Part shown: in pieces, positions 33,976-39,726 of the stretch
Numbering within the stretch: the first letter of the stretch is position 1
Layout: the number at the start of each line of letters is the position of its first letter
Virus record (IMG/VR): IMGVR_UViG_3300032295_002428
Location: 1-39,726 of that record
Length of the DNA: 39,726 nt
Source of the DNA: a virus
Taxonomy: Duplodnaviria > Caudoviricetes
Reading direction: 5' to 3' (one strand)
Translations under genes and position numbers: made by a program
The notes under the pieces: model-generated
What the model was told of the DNA's origin: nothing
Databases searched by the model: none
The model's input: only the letters and a program-made list of their open reading frames with translations

Positions 33976-34297
33976 TGGAGATGACCTCAGGGTCTTTGGG
34001 GAAAATCTGGGCGTTTTCGATGCAGAACGGCAACCGCGTCCATGCATCTGTGTTCATCGCCACGTCCCAGGCGTAGTCAGCCGTGGGTGCCATGACGATG
34101 GTCTCGAAGGAGCTGCGCTCTTGCTTGCCACCAACGCCAACGAACACACCGGGAAGGCGGATCACCCATGCCCGGACGGGGTAGAGCTTGAGATCTCGTG
34201 CTTTCTGCTCTTCCCATTCCTCTTCATGAGTGGGTTCGAGCTGACATCCAGCGATTCGAGCCGCCAGTTTTAGGAGCTTTCTCAAGGGGGAAGCCAA
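33953..34297 (-). CDS. hypothetical protein between terminase and lysin (start uncertain)
   Basis: Only frame that fills the terL-lysin gap; TTG 34297 is the nearest upstream in-frame start inside terL. Confidence 0.5.
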   Translation of the reverse strand: MASPLRKLLKLAARIAGCQLEPTHEEEWEEQKARDLKLYPVRAWVIRLPGVFVGVGGKQERSSFETIVMAPTADYAWDVAMNTDAWTRLPFCIENAQIFPKDPEVISNGTDQAR

Positions 34298-35951
34298 GCA
34301 TCTGCACGTCAATGGCGTTTTCAATGTTGCCAAGGAATGCCTCGATCTCAAGGTCCCATAACTCATCTTTACGTTCGCGGATTGCCAGGTCTTCATCGAT
34401 CGCCAGGGACTCATTCCAGTACTGAACGGCACCAGCAAGAGCATCCAGGCGGTCATCGTGCTGCAGACAGTTGCGATCGGTGGTGATGTGGGTCAGCTGG
34501 TGGAACAGCTGGTAGGCCAGCTGCCGCTCAATTGCCTCGTCCTCGCGGCCCTTGACATCCTTCTCGATGACGGAGCGACCGACGATCAACCGGTGCTGGT
34601 TCATCACCGGCTCCAGCGCATTGATGATCCGCCGTTCCTTCTGGACGTTGGACCGGACGGTCTCGATGGAGCAGGGGTGGTGGGCCTGCAGGTGGGGCTT
34701 GAGCAGGTTCTCAAGCATCCCTTGACCGAACTGGTCCTCGAGGATGATCAGGTTGACGCTGCTGCGCTTGGCCGCCTTGGCGATTTCGGTCAGCACCTCG
34801 TCGCTGTAGCCGTCACGGAAGGCACCGCAGTCCAGCAGGAAGAGGTTGCCGTTGAGGTGGGCCACCACGGCGTAGGCCGTCTCGTCAGAACCCCGACCCG
34901 AGGGGTCAATGAACATGACGCAGCCCTGGAACGGCAACCAATCACCGTGGATGTAGGCCGGACGGTGGTAGTAGTCACCAGCAAACCCGACACTGGGCAG
35001 GTCGGTGATGCGGTAGTCGACGCCAGAGGACCACACGATCTTCTCTGGGGCGTGATCCGACACCTCCATGACGATCAGGTCGGACAGACGCAGCGGGAAC
35101 CGCTCCTTGTCGGAGAGGGACGTGTCCAGCTGGAACTGCAGGGCGAAGGCGGATCGGCCGTAGGAGGCTTCCCGCTCCATCAGGTCGAACTCTGAGAAGC
35201 GCCTTGGGTCAGTGGGCTTGCCCTTCTGCTCGAGACAGACCTCCTCGATGATTGGCGCCAAGGCCCCGCCGTACTTCTCCGGCTTGTCGGGGTACCGGGC
35301 AGGCCAGATGCGGCAGTCGTAGCCCCGTTGGCGGAGCTTGTTGTAGATCGACTCCTCCGTCTGGGGAGTGCCGAGGAACATGATCTCGCCACCTGGCTTG
35401 AGGATGGCGTTGAATTCACCGACGGCAGTCAGCAGCTTCTCCCTCATCCCCACCGACCAGCTGGTGTTGGGGACCTCGACGTCGTCCGACAGGATCAGAT
35501 CAGCACGGGATCCAGTCAGCTGACCGAAGATGCCCACCGACTTGACCGAGGGGCTCTGATCCGGGATGGCAGGCCGCACATCAAACCGGTTGGAGGCAGC
35601 ACGCTGCTCCTCCCGATCCGGCTCGAGGCATTGCAGCAGGGGCATCTCCTTGATCAGGCGGAGACAGAACTGCGAGAAGTCATCAGCCCGCGTCTTGGAC
35701 GCAGAGACGACCATCACCTTCTTCTGTGGGTCGTTGCGTAGAAGCCACAGCACATAGGCCGCAGCCATCCATGACTTCCCAACTCCTCGGAAGGCTTCGA
35801 TCACCCTTCGCTTGGAACCGTGCTGCATGTATTCAGCAATGTCCAATTGCGCTGGTGTTGGATCTGGAAGGTTTACATGCCTCCAGACCACTACCAGGAA
35901 GTAGCGAAAGTCACCACGAAATGGTTCAGGGAGTTCCTGCCACGCCATCAA
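34224..35951 (-). CDS. terL: terminase large subunit (T7 gp19-like)
   Basis: AFRGVGKSW Walker A, GQLTGSRADLILSDDVE, LGTPQ, IDPSGRG.DET, QKE.RI, HDDRLDAL. Confidence 0.97.
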   Translation of the reverse strand: MMAWQELPEPFRGDFRYFLVVVWRHVNLPDPTPAQLDIAEYMQHGSKRRVIEAFRGVGKSWMAAAYVLWLLRNDPQKKVMVVSASKTRADDFSQFCLRLIKEMPLLQCLEPDREEQRAASNRFDVRPAIPDQSPSVKSVGIFGQLTGSRADLILSDDVEVPNTSWSVGMREKLLTAVGEFNAILKPGGEIMFLGTPQTEESIYNKLRQRGYDCRIWPARYPDKPEKYGGALAPIIEEVCLEQKGKPTDPRRFSEFDLMEREASYGRSAFALQFQLDTSLSDKERFPLRLSDLIVMEVSDHAPEKIVWSSGVDYRITDLPSVGFAGDYYHRPAYIHGDWLPFQGCVMFIDPSGRGSDETAYAVVAHLNGNLFLLDCGAFRDGYSDEVLTEIAKAAKRSSVNLIILEDQFGQGMLENLLKPHLQAHHPCSIETVRSNVQKERRIINALEPVMNQHRLIVGRSVIEKDVKGREDEAIERQLAYQLFHQLTHITTDRNCLQHDDRLDALAGAVQYWNESLAIDEDLAIRERKDELWDLEIEAFLGNIENAIDVQMLGFPLEKAPKTGGSNRWMSARTHS

Positions 35952-36178
35952 CTGATCTTTCTCATTGGAATCACCTTGTCGATATCAGGTACAGACGCCA
36001 CCAGATCACCAAAGGGAGATCCCTCCACTGGTTGAGCACTGATGGCGTTGTCCTTGAGGAATTGACGCAGGATGTTCAGTTCACCAGTCGTGATGATCCC
36101 CTCCTCCAACCTCTCCTTCAGGTGTTGAGCCAGACCGGCATGCAGATCGGCCAGTAGCTCCTGTGTGTCCTTGGCCAT
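35948..36178 (-). CDS. terS: terminase small subunit (T7 gp18-like)
   Basis: L..LH..LA..L, ELNILRQFLKDNAI; directly upstream of terL. Confidence 0.82.
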   Translation of the reverse strand: MAKDTQELLADLHAGLAQHLKERLEEGIITTGELNILRQFLKDNAISAQPVEGSPFGDLVASVPDIDKVIPMRKIS

Positions 36179-36292
36179 CTGGCCAGCCTTCATGGTGTTC
36201 AGTCAGGCTAACCGCGCCATCAACTCGATCTTGCAGTGAAGCTGCGTAAGCCGCTCCCCATCGACTGTGGATCACACCCATCAGCGGATCAG

Positions 36293-36691
36293 TCACGACT
36301 CAGGAAGCGAGGCAGACCCGGTCTCCACAATGTGGCAGAACTGCTTCCAGAGGAACGGCCGACGGTTGAGTGCCCCGCAACTGGCGACGTAGGGGTTTGG
36401 CATGTACCGGATGCCCCTGTCACTGGCGTAGCCCCTGGCTAGCAACATCCGTTTCTGCAGCTTGCTGATGCAGCCACGACACATCGCTGGATTCATGCCC
36501 AGGCCGCTGGCAATGTCCTCAGCCGTCACAGCAGCCATGCCTGTCCTGAAGTCCAACCTCCTGGCAATGGCCACAAAGACGGCGATGTGCTTGTAGTCCA
36601 GGTGCCCATCCCGAACGTCCTCCTCAAGCTGAGCAGCTCCTTTTTGGTGCAGCACGGCAAAGCGCCCCCCGGTGTCAGTAAAGTCGTTCAC
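36293..36691 (-). CDS. winged-HTH protein, RepL/MarR-like
   Basis: GGAGG SD + GTG 36691; TAEDIASGLGMNPAMCRGCISKLQKRMLL HTH and YMPNPYVASCG wing. Confidence 0.7.
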   Translation of the reverse strand: MNDFTDTGGRFAVLHQKGAAQLEEDVRDGHLDYKHIAVFVAIARRLDFRTGMAAVTAEDIASGLGMNPAMCRGCISKLQKRMLLARGYASDRGIRYMPNPYVASCGALNRRPFLWKQFCHIVETGSASLPES

Positions 36692-36710
36692 ATCAGCTCC
36701 TCCGGCTGGT

Positions 36711-36764
36711 AGACCCCATTTCCATCTCCACCTACTGGGCGGCAACCAGTGGTGGAGAGGGTCT
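36711..36764 (-). promoter_or_regulatory. long bulged hairpin upstream of the wHTH gene RBS
   Basis: + strand AGACCC...TCTCCACC-T-ACTGG / CCAGT-GGTGGAGA-GGGTCT inverted repeat. Confidence 0.55.
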
Positions 36765-37363
36765 TTGACTGTGAAAGGTTACATGGCCTGAATCTTTTGG
36801 GCAAGCAGGGCAGTGGCCTGCTCAAGGATCGGCATCGTCTCTAGATCTCTTATCAAGGGCAACGACACCACCCTGGTCCCCCCATGGTCCATAGGGCAGC
36901 TTGGCTGCCCGGTACCGGTGAACCGCGAAGCAGGAGGCAAGAGTTGGGCGAGAGCCCAACCGCAGACTCCATTACCAGGAGTACACACATACTCATTGTT
37001 GGTTTTTGAAGGTTGTCAAGTGATAAGAAAATCCTTGTCAACAACAGCAATCCTCCTAAATACACTCAATAAATCCACCCTTGGATGGAAATTTCTCTCC
37101 TTAATTCAACAATAGGGAAACTTGGTGAACCGGGGACTTTTCTGGTCCGAAAATTTGAGGGGGTTTTTAGGCGGAAAAACCTGAGGGGCTTACGCATACT
37201 GCGGTGGCGGCGCATCCCCCCCTATGGGGTGAGCCTGCTGGCCTGACAGCAGGGGGGGGGAGGGGTTAGCCCTGTCCACGTCTTGCGTAACTGCACTACA
37301 CACAGGTACGCAAGGACCGAAACCCCTTGGTACCACTGGGGTGTCCCTTGTCCAACTAGGGGA

Positions 37364-37396
37364 GTGGACACAGGGTGGACACAGGGTGGACACAGG
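37364..37396 (+). repeat. 3 x 11-bp perfect tandem repeat GTGGACACAGG
   Basis: Directly visible; related inverted copy CCTGTCCAC at 37271-37279. Confidence 0.9.
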
Positions 37397-37810
37397 GGGC
37401 CCTGCAGGGGGCAGCAGGGGGAGCTGGGCTGGCCTGGGGTGTCCATGGGGCCAGCAGGGCACAAGGGGTGCAGGGTGGTTCTGCGTTAGCGCCCCCCGTT
37501 TCGATTCCCCAGCGTCCACTCAGGCCAGCCCAAGGGCCAGCCCAGAGGCCCCCAGGAAGCCCGGGAAGGGCCACAAAGAAGCCCCGTCGACCGAGAGGGC
37601 CAACGGGGCAGGAGAGGGGCCTGTAGGGGACCTAGAGCAGCGCTCCGGCGTAGCCGGTAGCTGCGAGTTACGGGGGGAGAGGGTTGGAGGGGCCTGTCAA
37701 GCGGACATAGGGCTGAGTGCCGGTGTTCGTGACGGGGTGGAGGGCCAGTTCATTGAGAGCCATGGTCCACAGGGCAGCGCTTGCGGCGATCAGCAGGAGA
37801 GTTCGCACGA

Positions 37811-38101
37811 TCAGCAACCGCAACGGGTGCGAGCGAGAGCGACGCCTGCCAGGGCAGCAATCACCCAGTTATGGGCCTCAGCGGTGGAGAGGGAGCAAGC
37901 CAGACTGCGACATCCACCGGCCTCATTAACAAGCTGGTAGATATTGAATCCAGTTGCTGATCTCACTAGGTGGATGCATCCAATCTGAGCAATACGTTCT
38001 CCTGTTTCTTCATCGAGAACGTAGGTTTCGACAGGGAGATCCAACGTTTCGTTCAGGTGATGGAGCATAAATTCAACATGCTTTCGTGTGAGTCTTGCCA
38101 T
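37811..38101 (-). CDS. hypothetical early-type phage protein (96 aa)
   Basis: ORF track; IG..HL....G..I.Q.VNE.GG pattern recalled from early podovirus genes. Confidence 0.7.
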   Translation of the reverse strand: MARLTRKHVEFMLHHLNETLDLPVETYVLDEETGERIAQIGCIHLVRSATGFNIYQLVNEAGGCRSLACSLSTAEAHNWVIAALAGVALARTRCGC

Positions 38102-38138
38102 GGTGATAAGGGGATGATGGTGTGGGTGAATGATTGAA

Positions 38139-38834
38139 TCAGAGAGATGCCAGCCAGGCGTTTACTTTCTTGCGGCCTGTGCCGTGAGCACGGAACGCAA
38201 CGATGACTTCTTGCGGCCTGGAATGACAGAGACGGCATGTCTGGCAGGTGATGTCCTCATAGATTTGAGCTGGGCAGGTGACCACCCTGTGGCCTGCAGG
38301 AGAGCGCCAGAAGCGGCGCTCGTCGGTGGAGGGCACCACAACCACAGCCCGAAGACCATTGAACACAGCAGAGTCAGCGGCCTCGATTGTCTCGGTGGAT
38401 GCATTCACGGTGAATCCCTGTGCCGTGGCTGCTTTGAATGCCTCGATGACACGGCGGGTAAGTGGATGGTGGGAGAACGTGAACCCACGTTTTCCACGGT
38501 TTGCAATGGTCAGCTGTTTGAGCGCTGACTTGCCAGCCAGGGTGGACGGATCTTGGATGTCACCGGCTTGATTGTGCCGCCACAGCTGACGGGGGGGCAA
38601 GTGACGGATCAGCCGCAGGAACTCAGGCCAGGGGACACCCCGCCTGCCCTCGCTGACCTCCCTCCAATGGAGAGCAAGTGGACCTTGTCCCGCATAGCAA
38701 CCCCCTTCAGTGTTGAACGGGCAAGTGGAGGGGCAAAGATGGATTGGTGACGTGCTGACAGGAATTGGTCCCGTCTTGCTGTTCCTGGAAGCGGCGGTGA
38801 GATGAAAAAGCATGGTTGAACGTTTGAGAATCAT
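38139..38834 (-). CDS. Cys-rich phage protein (DUF7227/Gp88-like, possibly Fe-S)
   Basis: SRNSKTGPIPVS, CPSTCPF...GCYA, WRHNQAGD, CPAQ, CQTCRLC, F.AHG. Confidence 0.75.
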   Translation of the reverse strand: MILKRSTMLFHLTAASRNSKTGPIPVSTSPIHLCPSTCPFNTEGGCYAGQGPLALHWREVSEGRRGVPWPEFLRLIRHLPPRQLWRHNQAGDIQDPSTLAGKSALKQLTIANRGKRGFTFSHHPLTRRVIEAFKAATAQGFTVNASTETIEAADSAVFNGLRAVVVVPSTDERRFWRSPAGHRVVTCPAQIYEDITCQTCRLCHSRPQEVIVAFRAHGTGRKKVNAWLASL

Positions 38835-38877
38835 TTACGGGGTGACCATTGGCCCGGTCACCTGAGGCGTTCAGCGA

Positions 38878-39462
38878 TCAGACAAGTCCGAGAATGCGGA
38901 GCCAGGAGTCCGGCGCGTCCGGCTCGACGGTTCGGCCATCCGGCGTGTCGCACACGCTGTCCATGGTCCATGCCTGAAGCTCCGCATCGGTGGGGGCGAA
39001 CCACCATTGGCGGCGCCACAGAATCCGGGGTGCGGCGCCGCCGTCGGGATCGACCGAGAGGCCCCGGTCAGCGGCCATCGAGAGGGCGATGCCGTGTCCG
39101 TCTCCGTCATCGTCGACGAGAGTGACGGTCCATGGTTCGCGGATGGCACGCACCGTCTCCTGCCAGGCCTTCAGGTGTGGCCAATCACGGGTAGCAGCAG
39201 GATCGAGCATGGCAAACCGCTGATCCCACTTACGAGCCAGCGCAATGGCGCCACGTTTGGAGATGGAGAGGGCAGACACGGCAGACATGCCGGTTTGAAC
39301 GTGCGTCAGCGTCCAGCGGCCACGTTGAACCGGTGCACCGTCACTCGTGGCAGGAGGGGTGACGGCCAAGCACCGGCCAACCCATACGGGAGAGACGTCC
39401 ATGGTTTGGACACCGTGTTTGCGTGTCTGAACGTGAATGCGGACAGGAGAGAGAGTCGGCAT
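38878..39462 (-). CDS. hypothetical phage protein (194 aa)
   Basis: GGAGG upstream; C-terminal DSVCDTPDGRTVEPD..SWL.ILG motif. Confidence 0.7.
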   Translation of the reverse strand: MPTLSPVRIHVQTRKHGVQTMDVSPVWVGRCLAVTPPATSDGAPVQRGRWTLTHVQTGMSAVSALSISKRGAIALARKWDQRFAMLDPAATRDWPHLKAWQETVRAIREPWTVTLVDDDGDGHGIALSMAADRGLSVDPDGGAAPRILWRRQWWFAPTDAELQAWTMDSVCDTPDGRTVEPDAPDSWLRILGLV

Positions 39463-39465
39463 CGG

Positions 39466-39654
39466 TCAGGCCTCCACTGTGTGAAGGATCAGGGCTTGGC
39501 GCATCGCAGCCTGCGAGCGAAAGGAGATCTCCTGTTCGGACAGGCCAGAAACACGCCACCGAGAGACACGCTGGGCGGGAGATTCAGTGATCCACAGCAG
39601 GATCACGAGAGGCAGCAGCAGCAGGGCTGCGCACCAGGCGAGGAAGGTCGACAT
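39466..39654 (-). CDS. small membrane-anchored protein (cyanophage LLWxTES type)
   Basis: TM segment WCAALLLLPLVILLW followed by TESPAQRVSRWR. Confidence 0.65.
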   Translation of the reverse strand: MSTFLAWCAALLLLPLVILLWITESPAQRVSRWRVSGLSEQEISFRSQAAMRQALILHTVEA

Positions 39655-39698
39655 GAAAGGAACAGCAATGGGAATCGACCCGCGGTGGGTCGGCACTC

Positions 39699-39726
39699 AC
39701 CATACAGATGGGGACGGGTTGAGTAC
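39699..39726 (-). promoter_or_regulatory. possible host sigma70-type promoter for the leftward early genes
   Basis: -10-like TATGGT at 39704-39699, then a CGACCC-GCGGT-GGGTCG hairpin (39676-39692); a -35 would lie at the window edge. Confidence 0.35.

Larger units (their letters stand above)
1..39726. mobile_element. T7-like (Autographiviridae-type) phage genome, near complete; probable cyanopodovirus
   Basis: T7-type RNAP, gp2.5/3/4/6, gp8-gp17 and gp18/19 homologues in largely T7 order; no host housekeeping genes seen. Confidence 0.95.

Noticed and set aside
36779-36988. 69-aa minus-strand ORF upstream of the wHTH gene
   Set aside because: No clear SD or recognisable motif, and competing ORFs in other frames; cannot be supported
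37364-37396. CRISPR array
   Set aside because: Contiguous 11-bp units with no spacers, and no cas genes
37190-37940. Several G/P/A-rich ORFs in the G-rich region
   Set aside because: Low-complexity translations expected from stop-poor GC-rich non-coding DNA
1-39726. tRNA genes, introns, inteins, integrase
   Set aside because: No cloverleaf or T-loop signature, no interrupted conserved genes, and no recombinase motif seen by eye; tRNAscan and HMM searches were not run

Overview
The window is most of a T7-like podovirus genome (Autographiviridae type). Its small genes resemble those of cyanopodoviruses, so a picocyanobacterial host is inferred but not shown. The + strand (1-32890) carries small overlapping accessory genes, then a single-subunit RNA polymerase, ssDNA-binding protein, endonuclease I, primase/helicase and exonuclease. 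These are followed by portal, scaffold, major capsid, tail tubular A/B, four internal virion proteins, two fibre proteins and holin-like genes. No DNA polymerase, ribonucleotide reductase or photosynthesis genes are present; the primase/helicase stop overlaps the exonuclease start. From 36691 leftward an oppositely oriented module (winged-HTH protein, terminase small and large subunits, M15 endolysin, dCTP deaminase) meets the structural operon with no gap. A ~1 kb non-coding region (AT-rich tract, 3x11-bp repeat, G-tracts) and four minus-strand early-type genes end the window. Best leads: (i) a 2599-aa gp16-like ejection protein with ParB-like, ADP-ribosyltransferase-like and HExxH peptidase-like domains; (ii) a polymerase-less T7 replication module plus a RepL-like wHTH gene next to an origin-like region; (iii) accessory genes joined by a repeated AATGACTGA start/stop motif. 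All calls are by eye from motifs and synteny; no searches were run.
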